Shown here: positions 1 to 13,154 of the stretch, in pieces
How the letters are laid out: the number at the start of each line of letters is the position of its first letter
Numbering within the stretch: the stretch's first letter is position 1
Assembly: GCF_006345805.1 (NCBI RefSeq)
Contig: NW_021833600.1
Span: forward strand, 1-57,758
Length of the DNA: 57,758 nucleotides
Direction of reading: 5' to 3'
Origin: Octopus sinensis
Taxonomy: Eukaryota
The notes under the pieces: model-generated
Told to the model about the DNA's origin: nothing
Database searches by the model: none
What the model saw: only the letters and a program-made list of their open reading frames with translations
Position numbers and translations under genes: made by a program

Positions 1-367
1 CCTGCCTACCTCTGTTGCTATGGCATTGAGGTAGATCTGGCCACCCCTGTTAACAGGGACAAAACCCAGATTTAAAACACTGGATGATGATGATGATGGT
101 AGTGGAGTTAAGCGGCTTCTTGGTGAGCATGTTGGACTCTTCTTTTATCTTTAGTCTTTTACTTGCTTCAATCATTTGACTGTGGTCATGCTGGAGCACC
201 ATCTTGAAGAATCTTTAGTCAAACACTCAGCCCCAATACCTGGCCATGCAACAGCAATAACAACAATAATACTTCCACAGAAACCTTGGGATCTTGGTGA
301 GGTGAGGTGAGGATGCAGATGGAGATGAAGGGGGCTGATAGTCCAGAAGCTAGTCACAAGTGAATAT

Positions 368-690
368 TGGATATTTTTCCTCATCTTGTTTGTTGTTAAC
401 ACAACGTTTTGGCTGATATACCCTCCAGCCTTCGTCAACTGTCTTGGAGAAATTTTGAACATGGGGTCTCATTCCTAAGGTATTTTCTGAACTCGGAATC
501 TTGGGGTTAGTAGCCTGCGCTCTTAACCACTATGCTATATGCCCGTGGGCAATTATGGAGTGAATTTTAGGGCTTATAAATTTAATATTTTCCTATCCTT
601 CCTTAATACCAGTTCCCATATGCTATTCATATCAGCACTCGGTCTGCTTAGGAGGTTGTTGTGTCCTAGCATATGTGCCTAGTAGTAGTA
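368..690 (-). mobile_element. HHR-bearing element with tRNA-like module (family H1), degenerate copy
   Basis: Shares the tail (GATGAGGA...) and TTAGGAATGAGA segment with 13907-14186 and 53971-54233. tRNA-like module at 488-544; degenerate HHR at 398-443 (UUGACGA...AAAACGUU). Confidence 0.7.
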
Positions 691-1049
691 GTAGTAGTAG
701 TAGTGAGACTCTTCATGCTTTCAAAGCCAAGTAGAATAAGTGGTCCCTTGAAAGAAAAAAACAAGGCTTAGCACTACAAGGGCAACTGACCATAAAACAA
801 AGCACTGAGTAAGATAGTCATCTAACCCATGCAAGAACAGAAAACTAGACATAAAAGCAAATGAAAGAACAAATTTTTATGTCCATATCTTTTTCAGTAG
901 CCACCATTTTAATCAAGGTAACCGCACTGTCCTGTAGTGTTACCTTGATTAAAGGTAACACTACAGGATATGAGAGATGAAAAACTGAACAAAAAAAAAT
1001 AGCTGTGAAACCAAAGGAAAAATCCAACAGTTAACATGTAGAATATGCT

Positions 1050-1420
1050 GTCATGAAACATCAGCCACAATGGTCAAGGCATGAGGTTAGGATGAAAGAA
1101 TAAAGATTCCTTCGTGAAATCCTCTGAAGGGAATTCACCATCAGGGAAAGACTATGAAGCTATCATAGACAATCACCAGCTAAAGTCAACTATCAAAAAG
1201 GCTGGAACTAAGAGAGGAATTTGAGAAACTGAAACTCGGGGCTGTTCCAACTGGTGTCATTCAATCCCTGTTGGGATTGACTGTTTTTGGTAGTCACAAA
1301 AACGATTAAAGAAGGTGGTGGAAAAACGTAAAGAATATGAGATGTAACAACAACCACACCCTGTTCCAGCGTAATTCACACAAGAATGGTTTTCTCAGCC
1401 AATTGCGAGGATATCAAAAT
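1050..1420 (+). mobile_element. Possible highly decayed RLE-type (R4/Dong-like) non-LTR retrotransposon C-terminal remnant
   Basis: Broken-frame motifs resembling HQP, ILWDFTI and VTKRLKK, with many stops and frameshifts. Confidence 0.3.
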
Positions 1421-1430
1421 TTTTCGATAA

Positions 1431-1734
1431 GGAGTGGCTGTGTGGTAAGTAGCTTGCTTACCAATCACATTGTTCCGGGTTCAGTCCCACTGCATAGCAC
1501 CTTGGGCAAGTGTCTTCTACTATAGCCTCGGGCTGACCAAAGCCTTGTGAGTGGATTTGGTAGACAGAAACTGAAATAAGTTGGCTTCTTTCAGTTTCCA
1601 TCTACCAAATCCACTCACAAGGTTTTGGTTGGCCCGAGGCTATGGTAGAAGACATTTGCCCAAGGTACAACACAGTCAGACTGAACCCGGAACCATGTGG
1701 TTGGTAAGCAAGCTACTTACCACACACCCACTCC
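1431..1734. mobile_element. Two SINE family A 5' halves in inverted orientation
   Basis: 1431-1577 (+) GGAGTGGCTGTGTGGTAAG...AAACTGAAA is followed by its reverse complement at about 1585-1734. Confidence 0.85.
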
Positions 1735-2114
1735 AGCGCCATATTTATTTACTTTTTGTTTCTATTTTTCCACATTCAATTTGATAAAAAAATAGAATTT
1801 AAATGAGAATTCTCAAAAATAAAAACAGACAACCAGAGGAATAAATTCTAATTCTTAACCTTTACCGATATTGATTTTGTATTATAGGGTGAGGAGTGTG
1901 TAGAAAAGATAACAGGTTTTCTACTAAAAATATCTTACAAGTGGTTTAAATAAATAAATCCACCCATCCACCCTACATTCCAAGATTTCTTATTCATATT
2001 CTTTAATTCTTTAGTTTGTTTCTAGGTATTACGTATAAGGCCATGCTACAGCATCCCCATAATCCAGATTTGATAAAATTATTATCATCATAATTATTAT
2101 TATTATTATTATTA

Positions 2115-2577
2115 TTCGGGCAAAATGCTTAATGGTATTTCGTCTGTCTTTACGTTCTGAGTTCAAATTCTGCTGAGGTTAACTTTGCCTTTCATCCTTT
2201 CGGGGTCGATAAATTAAGTAACAGTTGTATACTGGGTCAATCTAATCAAATGGCCCTGTCCCCAAAAATTTCATGCATACTGGGGTTGATCTAATTGACT
2301 GACCCTCTCCCCAAAAATTTTGGGCCTTGTGCCTAGAGCAGAAAAGAATATTTTAAGACTTTTAAGGCAGCGGGCTGGCAGAAACATTAGCACACCAGGT
2401 GAAATGCTTAGCGGTATTTTGTCTGCCGTTATGTTCTGAGTTCAAATTCCACCGAGGTCAACTTTGCCTTTCATCCTTTCAGGGTTGATAAATTAAGTAC
2501 CAGTTTCATACTGGGGTCAATCTAATCGACTGGCACCCTCCCCCAAAATTTTGAGCCTTGTGCCTAGAGTAGAAAAG

Positions 2578-2612
<35 letters not shown>

Positions 2613-2830
2613 AGGTGATTAAGGCAGGGAGCTGGCAGAATCGTTTGCATACCAGACAAAGTGCTTAGTGGCATTCTGTTTGTCTTTATGTTCTGAGTTC
2701 AAATTCCACTGAGGTCAATTTTGCCTTTCATACTCTCAGGGTTGATGAAATAAGTAGTAGTCAAGTACTGGGGGTCAGTGTAGTTGACTTAACCCCACCC
2801 CAAAATTTCAGGCCTTGTGCTAATTGCAGA
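2115..2830 (+). mobile_element. Tandem array of SINE family B copies
   Basis: Repeated GTTCAAATTCC...ACTTTGCCTTTCATCC...GGCCTTGTGCCT units separated by (TTA)n. Confidence 0.85.
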
Positions 2831-3008
2831 AAGAATAATTATAATTATATCTTCAGTTTTGACTCTGGACACAGGCAGCCATAGGGTGATGATTGCTTCT
2901 CTGTGTTTTGCTGAACCCAAATTTGTCTAAACTAAGGGTTCTCTACAAGGATTTTTATGGTCCTTAGGGGTCCATATAACATTTTGTTGTTAAGATTTAT
3001 ACTGTTCA

Positions 3009-3412
3009 CTCTTTTACTTGTTTCAGTCATTTGACTGCGGCCATGCTGGAGCACTGCCTTTAGTTGAGCAAATCGACCCCAGGACTTATTCTTTGTAAAC
3101 CTAGTACTTATTCTATCGTTTTTTTTTTTTTTGCCGAACCACTAAGTTAAGGGGACGTAAACACACCAGCATCAGTTGTCAAGTAATGTTGGCGGGACAA
3201 ACACAGACACACAAACACACACACACATATATATATATTATTATATATATATATATATATATACATATACGATGGGCTTCTTTCAGTTTCCATCCACCAA
3301 ATCCACTCACAAGGCTTTGGTCGGCCTGAGGCTATAGTAGAAGACACTTGCCCAAGGTGCCACGCAGTGGGACTGAACCCGGAACCATGTGGTTGGTAAG
3401 CAAGCTACTTAC
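3009..3412 (-). mobile_element. SINE family A (tRNA-like head, CORE-like GGCACCTTGGGCAAGTGTCTT, internal TA/CA microsatellite)
   Basis: Near full-length member of a family with more than 20 copies or fragments in the window. Confidence 0.9.
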
Positions 3413-4315
3413 GACATGCTACTTATGTGTGATAAATTGGTTAAACTTTTACAAAACAAAATATTTTAATTTTTTTTATACAATTTCTAATAATATTCAA
3501 TTATAAAAACATAATAGAATTTTTAAACAGCAAATGGCTATGAGGCTCCAGCCAAGTAAAATTGGAATCAAAGAGGTCCACAGGTAAGAAATGGTTGCGA
3601 AAAACCAGCCTAAATGATGTGAGATTCCAGCATGGACGGCACCATAGAATAGTGGATTCACAGAATCAATAATTAAAGCCCCAGGGAATCTCTTGTGGTA
3701 TTTATGCATACCCAACTCTTTTTTATACATTCTTTGTTCAAATATTGCTACAGAGAGCATAGGGCTGGTTTCTCTGACAAATATATATATATATTTTCCC
3801 TGGATGTGACGCCAGTCCATCTCAGGCTTACTCACGTTGGCCAGCTGAAATGAAGTGTTTTGCTCAAGAACACCACAATCCATTGCCCAGTCCAGGAATC
3901 AAAACTACCATCTTACAATCCTGACACCAACACTCTGACACTTATATGCCTCCAACAATCTTGCCATGGGTGGCTTTTATTAGCCCTGTCACATCACCTG
4001 GCACTTACATGGTTTTTGCATATGGAGGTCCCACGTTATTTTTTGGGGTGGGGGTGGGGGCAATGATATCTGTTAACCTCATTTCTCTTCTCCAGGAATT
4101 CCCTCAAATCTGCACTCACCTCTTCATAGGAAATGAAAAACAGATGCCATTGTTATGTCTCTTTTTGTTATATTTTGTCTGGTTTTTTTAAAATTCATTT
4201 TTTCATTTTTTACGACATACCTTAAAGACATAGAAATCAAGGTTAGGAATACATAGATACACACACACATACATACAGACAGACAGACACAGAGATACAC
4301 ACACAGACACCAAAC

Positions 4316-4346
<31 letters not shown>

Positions 4347-4450
4347 TACATACATGCTCCAGCATGGCTGCAGTCAAAAGACTGAAATGCGTAAAAGAGT
4401 ATATACACATGTGTAGAAATACAGATGCGTATGTACATATATACACACAG

Positions 4451-4512
<62 letters not shown>

Positions 4513-5039
4513 CATATGTATCTGTATTTCTACACATGTGTATATACTCTTTTATGCATTAAAAGATATATATAAGATATATATATATATATATATATAT
4601 ATATCTTATTGCTACCGACACAGATATATACACATTTATAGAGAGAGAACTGAATATTGCTCCAACAACAAAAGTCTGTCTACTAATTCAGTGTGGCAGG
4701 AGGAGAAGGAAGAGGACAGACGGTAAATGTAAAAATACAACAAAAAAGCATAAAAAATATTTATTTAAAAAACCATAAGAATTTGGCTACTTTGAGAATA
4801 TTTTTGAGTTGATTCTTTGACAGTTGTTTTGACATTATTTCCAAATCTAACAGACAAAGTGATGTCTCAGAAAAAAAACAATCAGCATGTGTACCTGTAT
4901 CTGTGTATGTAAAATCATTTGTATATACTCTCAATTATGCTATTGTTTGATAAGTACAACTAACTTTGCCATACTTACTAAAACCAGACTCAATCCTCAT
5001 TACATGCCCTATGCAACCCACTTCAATTTCACTAACCAA

Positions 5040-5375
5040 TTGAAAATTTTAGTCGTGATACTTGTGCCGGTGGCACGTAAAAAGCACCATCCGAATGTGG
5101 CTGATGCCAGTGCAGCCTTGACTGGCTTCCATGCCAGTGGCACGTAAAAAGTACCAACCGATCGTGGCCGTTGCCAGCCTCGCCTGGCACCTGTGCCGGT
5201 GGCACGTAAAAAGCATCCACTACACTCCTGGAGTGGTTGGCATTAGGAAGGGCATCCAGCTGGAGAAACACTGCCAGATCAGACTGGAGCCTGGTGCAGC
5301 CTCCTGGCTTCCCAGACTCCAGTCAAACCGTCCAACCCATGCTAGCATGGAAAATGGACATTAAATAATGATGAT
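5040..5375 (+). mobile_element. SINE-like family C (modular GGTGGCACGTAAAAAGCACC head, AGGAAGGGCATCCAGC body, (GAT)n tail)
   Basis: Recurs near 5760, 11820, 14330, 15770, 24900, 37675, 39190, 43270, 49120, 51300, 53300 and 57610. Confidence 0.85.
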
Positions 5376-5938
5376 GAGGTGGAGGAATTGCAGTTTCAGA
5401 GTTGTCACTCGTGTTTTTTATAAGACTGTGTAGCAGAAGTGATTTACACTGTCATTATGTGTGAGATGTTGTCGTTATATGGGTTGTTTAGGCTTAAATA
5501 CCCAGATATCTGCTCCACAAGCCTTTTCGTTCCAGCAGGTTACATGACCTTATGATAAGCTGAAATTGTTGTTTGTATAGGTCAGTTTCCAGCCGTCCAA
5601 TCATGTTGGAGCAACATTTCTTTTTACCATATGCAGGAAATTAATTGCCATCTCAGGGGAGCCTACTGATCTCTATAACAATGACAGTTCTCGACTGCTC
5701 TAGGTCTCTGGCACATACCACTGACCACATGCAACTCATCTCTGGCAATGATGTATATGGCACCAGGCACGTAAACAACACCCACTACACTCGCGGAGTG
5801 GTTGGCGTTAGGAAGAGCATCCAGCTGCAGAAACACTGCCAGATCAGACTGGAGCCTGGTGCAGCCCCTGGCTTCCCAGACCCCGGTCGAACCGTCGAAC
5901 CCGTGCTATCGCAGAAAACGGACGTTAAACGACAATGA

Positions 5939-5986
<48 letters not shown>

Positions 5987-6152
5987 TATATATATGTACA
6001 TCACACAACCAACAGACCAATGGCTGTTTCTACACACTTGATACGCTAAAACTGTTAGTATAATTCTTTCTAATTTTGACACAAGACCAGCAATTTTTTT
6101 TTTGTTTAGTAAGAAGTCGATTACATCAACTCTAGTACTCAACTTTCTTTAA

Positions 6153-6378
6153 CCTTTTAGCATTTAAACTGGTCATATTCATATCTGGCTCAAATATTCT
6201 ACCCATTTTATGGTCAAACCAATCAGATCCAGCCTCTCACACCTACCATACAATGTCATTCTAAATATAAGCAATTGCATCCTCAAACTCTCAAAGTTAT
6301 GAGATATTGCATGACCAATTAAAAACGGTGTGATTAAATAGGCATTACAATTAATAGAATAATCTGAATACTAAGGAG
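6153..6378. mobile_element. piggyBac-like MITE family 1, degenerate copy
   Basis: Homologous to 28573-28792 and 33130-33349; decayed CCCTTTAG-type ends. Confidence 0.6.
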
Positions 6379-7095
6379 TTAGATATTTCTTAATTAATTA
6401 AAATGTGATGACACAAACGAACGATGGAATTATTGCTTTTAAATCAAGAAATTTTTTATTCATTCAACTTTCTAGTTTCGTTTTAGAAATTTACATCATG
6501 AGCATCAGTAAGTTACCGGCAATTTCCTGAAAGGGTTCACAAAAAAAAAAATTTGCTGACTCCTGTGGTAGTAGTTAGTGCTTTACTCTCATTATCATAA
6601 AGTCAAGGGTTCAATTCCTAGATTGGGTGGCATGTTGTGGCCTTCATTTCACTTCACGTTGTTCCAGTGTTCCACGCTGTATGGGTGAGACTGACTTTAC
6701 AGTGGCAAATTTTCTACAGCTGGATGCCTTTCCTGCCACCAAGCCTTACCTGTTTCCAAGCAATGTAATATTTCCTCAAGGCCCAACATATTTTCATATT
6801 TTCACAAAAGTTTTGAAATGAATGACACTGCTATGTAACAGTCACACGGTGTCAAAACGAAGAGAGAGAAACATACACTCACACACACAAATATATACAC
6901 ACACACTCACATACATACATATAAATAAATGTACAATAGGCTTCTTTCAGTTTCCTTCTACCAAATCCACTCACAAGGCTTTGGTTGGCTCAAAACCATA
7001 GTAGAAGACACTTGCCCAAGGTGCCAGGAAGTGGGACTGAAACCAGAACCATGTGGTTAAGAAGCAAGCTTCTTACCACACAGCCACACCTGTAC

Positions 7096-7162
<67 letters not shown>

Positions 7163-7169
7163 ATGTATG

Positions 7170-7200
<31 letters not shown>

Positions 7201-7454
7201 GCATACACACATACAAACACACAACACACACACACACACACACACTTCGTACAATTTCACAAGAGTCTTTCTCTCCCCACCACAGTTCAATACTTGAATA
7301 CTTTTACCTCATTAGTGAGGAGGAAGAAGCGTTGAGGCAAGGTCTCCAGTTTGAGAACAAATTCCTTCCTCTCTGCCTCCTTCCAACCAATACCGCTGTT
7401 ACTATAATGGTGTTTGTGATAAAGTGAGTGATAGCTGTCTTAAAATAAACCTGT

Positions 7455-7522
<68 letters not shown>

Positions 7523-8559
7523 AGATAACTATGATTGGAAATTGAGTTATCAATACCAATATCATGACTAATACATATTGACGTATCGAAGTGATTGGAG
7601 ACTTTAATAATCAACAATAATAATACTGCAACAGATTTACACTTTGTGTCTGGGAGTGGAGAACAGAATTTCTCATGAGTCATAGCCGCAATGATGGTCA
7701 TCATCATCATCATCATCATCATCATTGCCATCATCATCATCATCATCATCGTCGTCATCATCACTTTCATCATGGAAGCCTCTAAGGGGTCATCCAAACA
7801 TTTTAGACTGATACTTTTACTTTGTGTTAACCATCATGGCTAAGGCCATGATGGAGCAGTGCTGGAAATAGCAGCCAAGTCTCACTCTTGTCACACCCTA
7901 CCATCTTCAAATGTAAGATATATTCTACAGTGTATCAGTAGTCCAAGACATAAATATGCTTTCTAGTAAAGGCACAAGGCCTGAAATTTCAAAGAAGGGA
8001 CTAATCAACTACATCGAACCCGGTGTTTCACTGGTACTTAATCTATTGACACGAAAGGATGAAAGGCAAAGTCCACCTCAGCAGAATTTTAACTCAGAAC
8101 ATAAAGACAGATGGAATGCTGCTAAGTAAATTGCCCAGCATGTTAATAATTCTGTCAGCTCGCCACCTTAATCCAAGACATTAATATTCTATGACATTTA
8201 AAAAATAAGACTGGATGGTCAAGAGTGGAATGCCTCTCATCATACACCAGTATGGCCCAGTAGTAAGATGTTTGTTTCCTACTCACATGGTTCTGTGCTT
8301 ACAACTAACATTATTGCTTCTTCGCTGTATAATTTATTTCTTTAATTAAATTTTCTGATGCCCCCTGCATTAAATATTTTAACATTAACTTACTAATTTG
8401 CTAATCTTACTAAAAGTGAGTTATTTCCTCCTGATACTCTCTCTTGTTCGAGGACAGGAAATACACAACAGACCACAAGATTCTTTAATTTTGTACTCAG
8501 TACATCAAAATATTCTTGTATGGAGTTGTGTAAAGAGTAACCTTTGATCACAAATGACC

Positions 8560-8830
8560 ATGGGATTGCACCTAGAAAGTTACCCTCCGAAGCACAAGTC
8601 CAGGCAAGATTATTTATGGAAGACCAGCAGTTGCCCACGCATACCAGCCTCCCCTCTCTATGCCACCAATGTAATCCAAGATGAAAGGCAAAGGTCAATA
8701 CAGCTTGGCACCATTTCTACGGATGAGTGAACTGGAGCAACGTGAAATAAAGTGTTTTACTCAGGGACACAACACAAAGCCCAGTCCAGGAATCGAACTC
8801 ACTACCTCTTGACTGTGAGCTCAACGTACG
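8560..8830 (-). mobile_element. SINE family E (GAACTGGAGCAACGTGAAAT...CCAGGAATCGAAC on +)
   Basis: Also near 3820-3945, 22715-23048, 30775-31022, 48195-48485 and 57438-57580 (+). Confidence 0.8.
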
Positions 8831-8900
8831 TCCGCACAAAAACGAGTGCAACGGATGAGATGAAGAACTTGCTAAAGATTTGAAGATTCGATCTACTTAC

Positions 8901-8969
8901 CCTTTCCATTTCAACGAAGTCATCGTCAAGTTCTGTTCCTTTAGCACCGCCGATCTTTTCGCTCATATA
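8901..8969 (-). CDS. endoA: Endophilin-A (N-BAR/SH3, SH3GL family) internal coding exon, equivalent to vertebrate exon 2
   Basis: 69 nt, phase 0/0, encodes YMSEKIGGAKGTELDDDFVEMER. This closely matches the endophilin-A N-terminus as I recall it (fly [23 protein letters not shown]; human [23 protein letters not shown]). Flanked on the minus strand by ...cttctttacAG and GTAAGT. Confidence 0.92.
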
Positions 8970-8971
8970 CT

Positions 8972-9712
8972 GTAAAGAAGAGAGAAAGGGAGAGAGATAA
9001 GAAAGGATAACGACATAGTTGGATGGAGAGGAGAGAGAAAGAGAGAGAGGGAGAGAAGGTAAAAGGGTTGTCTTGATACTGAAAGAAAAGAGAGAAAATT
9101 TGGAAGAGGCTGAAAGAGACTGTAAGACAGACAGACAGACAGACAGACAGATAGCTAGAATGATGAGAAATAGAGATGGTAAAAGATGGAGGATAATGAA
9201 GCTGGATGGAGATGGAAAATAGGAACTAAGATACAGAGAGAAGGGGGGAATGGGAGAAAGAGAGGGGGAGAGAGAAAGGGAGCGAAAGATAGGAAAGGAG
9301 AGAGAGAGGAGGGAGAGAAAGAAGGAAAGAGATGGAGAGAAAGAAGGAAAGAGAGGGAGAGAAAGAAGGAAAGAGAGGGAGAGAAAGAAGGAAAGAGAGG
9401 GGGGAGAAAGAGAAAAGGAGGGAAAGAGAAAGGGAGAGAAATAGAGAAGGGAGAAAGAGAGAGGGAGGGAGAGAAATAGAAAAGGAGAGAAAGCGAGAGG
9501 GACCGAAAGACAGAGGGAGAGAAAGAAAGAGGGGAGGAGAGAAAAAGACAAAGAGAGACTACAGAAGACAGACAGACAGACAAATATATAGAATGAGGAA
9601 AAAAACAAGAAAGAAAAACAATATAAAAACAATATACAAGAAAGACAAGGGAAACAAAAGGCAATAATGGGAGAAATTAATTAGTTATGGCATAATTAAC
9701 AAGATAATAATC

Positions 9713-9745
<33 letters not shown>
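8972..9745. repeat. GA-rich polypurine low-complexity tract (pyrimidine tract on the endophilin sense strand)
   Basis: Mostly A/G on + (GAGA, GAAA, AGAC arrays); source of the spurious ORFs here. Confidence 0.9.
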
Positions 9746-10185
9746 AATTGATTATGAAACAAAAAAGAAGAATGCAAACAATACAAAGCCTGAGAAACAA
9801 TTATACCGATAACGGTGTGTGTGTGTGTGTGTGTGGTGTGTGAGAGAGAGAGAGAGTGTGTGTGTGCTGATATGACACCTTCAACAATCCATGATCAGTG
9901 AAAGTTCAAAGTCAATGTCGTCAGTAAGCTGTTAAACTCTACACATGTATTGAGTTCTACACTTGGTCGACATTTGTTGCTTACATGCTTTTCTTGTTTT
10001 CTAAATAAAATACTTATGTTTTACCATGCTGGCATGGGTTGGATGGTTTGGCAGGATCTGGCAAGGCTAGGAGCCACACCAGGGTTCACTGTTTTTTTTC
10101 TGGGTTTCTACAGCAGGATGCTCTCCCCTAATGCCAACCACTTTACAGAGCATACTGGGTGCATTTTATGTGACACCAGCATGTG

Positions 10186-10390
10186 TATGAGGGTGTGCTG
10201 AAAAGTTCCTGGCTTTGGGTAAAAGAAAATACAGGAGGATCTGTTAATTATGGTTTTACTCAACATATTCCCCTCTCAATTCAGACACTTATGGCAGTGG
10301 TCCTCCAGTTTTTCTAAGACCTGTAAAAGAACTCAGAAGGTTGGGCCTTCAGCCAGGCTTTTCACAATACTCTTGAAGCCAGAAACTTCA
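10186..10390 (+). mobile_element. Mariner-type DNA transposon left end
   Basis: TA followed by a TGAGGGTGTGCTGAAAAGTTCCTGGC mariner-like TIR; inverted homologous end at 55140-55241. Confidence 0.65.
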
Positions 10391-11235
10391 CAACTGGCCC
10401 CTCATATATATATATATATTAATCAAAATAAAAACATGATGCCAAGGATTCAGCGGTACAATATTTTTATTTTTTTTATTTTGATTAATATACCCTACCA
10501 CCTACACCACTAAATGGTATATACAGGTGCTTACAATTATTAAGTATTCACCCTGAATTTATATATATATATATAAGAATATATATATTCTTTTACTTGT
10601 TCCATGCTGGAGCACCACCTTTAGTTGAGCCAATTGACCCCAGGGCTTATTCTTTGTAGGCCTAGTATTTAATCTATTGGGCTCTTTTGCCAAACCACTA
10701 AGTTACGGGGACATAAACACACCAACATCAGTTGTCAAGCGATGCTGAGGGGACAAACACACACACACATACATATACATATATATATATATATATATGA
10801 CGGGCTTCACCAAATCCACTCACAAGGCTTTGGTCGGCCCGAGGCTATAGTAGAAGACACTTGCCCAAGGTGCCACACACAAACATATACTCAAAGAAAC
10901 ACACATACACTCATAAACATATACACAAAGACACACACATATATGATGGATTGCTTTCAGTTTACCAGAAAAATGATGATGGTGATGGTAATGATGATGA
11001 TGATAAGAATGGTTATTTATGAGTGGTAATCTGTGAGAAGGAGTAATAGGCGCATATATTAATGTTAAATTTCTAGATTCATTATTTCATTTGATAATTT
11101 TAAAGTTTATCAGATAATTGCTGTCCTTAGTCACCATGTAATTGGAGTATTGAACTTATGAAGGCTAGAATTTAACATACTAGTGCACACACATACACAC
11201 ACACACATATTTATATATACATATATATATATATA

Positions 11236-11640
11236 GGTGCAGGAGTGGCTGTGTGGTAAGTAGCTTGCTAACCAACCACATGGTCCCGGGTTCAGTCCCA
11301 CTGCGTGGCACCTTGGGCAAGTGTCTTCTACTATAGCCTCGGACCGACCAAAGCCTTGTGAGTGAATTTGGTAGACGGAAACTGAAAGAAGCCCGTCGTA
11401 TATATGTATATATACGTATATATGTGTGCGTGTATGTTTGTGTGTCTGTGTTTGTCCCCCTAGCATTGCTTGACAACCGATGCTGGTGTGTTTATGTCCC
11501 CGTCACTTAGTGGTTCGGCAAAATAGACGATAGAATAAGTACTGGGGCTTACAAAGAATAAGTCCTGGGGTCGAGTTGCTCGATTAATGGCGGTGCTCCA
11601 GCATGGCCGCAGTCAAACGACTGAAACAAGTAAAAGAGAG
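11236..11640 (+). mobile_element. SINE family A, full-length copy
   Basis: From GGTGCAGGAGTGGCTGTGTGGTAAG to the AAACAAGTAAAAGAG tail. Confidence 0.9.
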
Positions 11641-12360
11641 AAAGAGATATGTACACACACACACACACACACTTACACACTCGCTCGCACACACATACAC
11701 ACACTGGAGTCTGGTGCAGCTCCCCAGCTTGTCAGCTCTGTTGAAACCATCCAATCCATGCCAGCATAGATGACAGGCATTAAATGATGATGATGATGAT
11801 GATGATATCATCATCATCATCGTTTAACGTCCGTTCACTATGCTAGCATAGGTTGGACGGTTCGACCGGGATTTGGGAAGCCAGAAGGCTGCATCAGGCT
11901 CCAGTCTTATCTGGCAGTGTTTCTACAGCTGGATGCTCTTCCTGACGCCAACCACTCCGTGAGTGTAGTGGGTGCTTTTTACGTATACATACATATTTGT
12001 GTAAGTTTACAAAATTAGAAATTTTATTTCATGCATCGTGGAATTCTTCAGAACTTATTGAAGAAAAACTTATTGTTAGATTTTAGTAAGATAAGGGAGA
12101 CAAGTTAAAAAAAGAAAAAAAAAAAAAAGAGACAAAAAGGATGGAGTGAAGAAGAACGTAAGTCCTTTGAGAAGTCTTCGAAAACCAGGAAGAGAGATAC
12201 AAAAAGAAATGTTCCTGAATGAAGAATTAAAAATAAAAGAACATTAACTACTAAAGCATTATAATAATAATAATAATTTATTCTTTTTATTTTTAATTTT
12301 TTTTTATTTTTATAATTTTTATTTTTATTTTTATTTTTTTATTTTTTATTATTATTATTA

Positions 12361-12407
<47 letters not shown>

Positions 12408-13154
12408 AATAAAGATGTGTCTCAAAAAAAATATTTATAAAAACCTAAGTTTCTTAAGTCACGTTTCTTAAACAAGACTTAATAGTACATAAGCTGACTT
12501 TAGCATAAAATACAAGTATCCATCCACCTAAACCCACATGAACCTGCAGTAACTCAAATTTTAATCCGATATTTAATTTTGAATTTTACTCTACGCGAGA
12601 TTATATTTAAATCTATTGCATGTGTCTATTTTTATTTATTTATTTATTTATTTATTTCATGTATTATTAGCGTATTCATTTATATTTTTTTTATAACTGG
12701 TTTCTTTTCTTACAAGGTACGACAACCCCACCCCATCCTAATAATTATTCCGTACTATTATTCTATTCCATGAACGTACAACATTTACCTGTTCGTTGCG
12801 GTTTATTTCATTTCTTGTAAGTTAATGTTTTTTGTTTTGTTTTTTATGCAGGTACGTGAAAGATTAGAAGCGTGTCTATGTGCCTGCCTGTAAATATTTA
12901 ACCGTAGCTATATGGTACAAGTGTGTGTGCGTGTGTGTATGTTTATGTATATGCATGTATACACAAACACACACACACACACACATATAAATAAACACAC
13001 ACACACATATATATATAAACACACACACACACACACACACAGTGGTACAGAAGTACTTTTAACATTTAAAAGCTACAAGTTTTGCATTTTATTTTATTTT
13101 GATACGGTTTTTTTTTATATATCTTTAATGCTATTTTTGTTATTTCATATTTAT

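Noticed and set aside
7305-7400. Possible minus-strand exon (GIGWKEAERKEFVLKLETLPQRFFLLTNE) with AG/GT flanks
   Set aside because: Poor pyrimidine tract and no resemblance to endophilin or any family I recognise.
1-8900. Endophilin exon 3 (…EYLQPNP)
   Set aside because: Not found by eye. The PNP-coding hits I checked are the LPNPLT reading of SINE A. It probably lies left of the window.
8802-9632. 276-aa minus-strand ORF as a complete gene
   Set aside because: Only 8901-8969 is endophilin-like and splice-bounded; the rest is a translated GA-rich tract.
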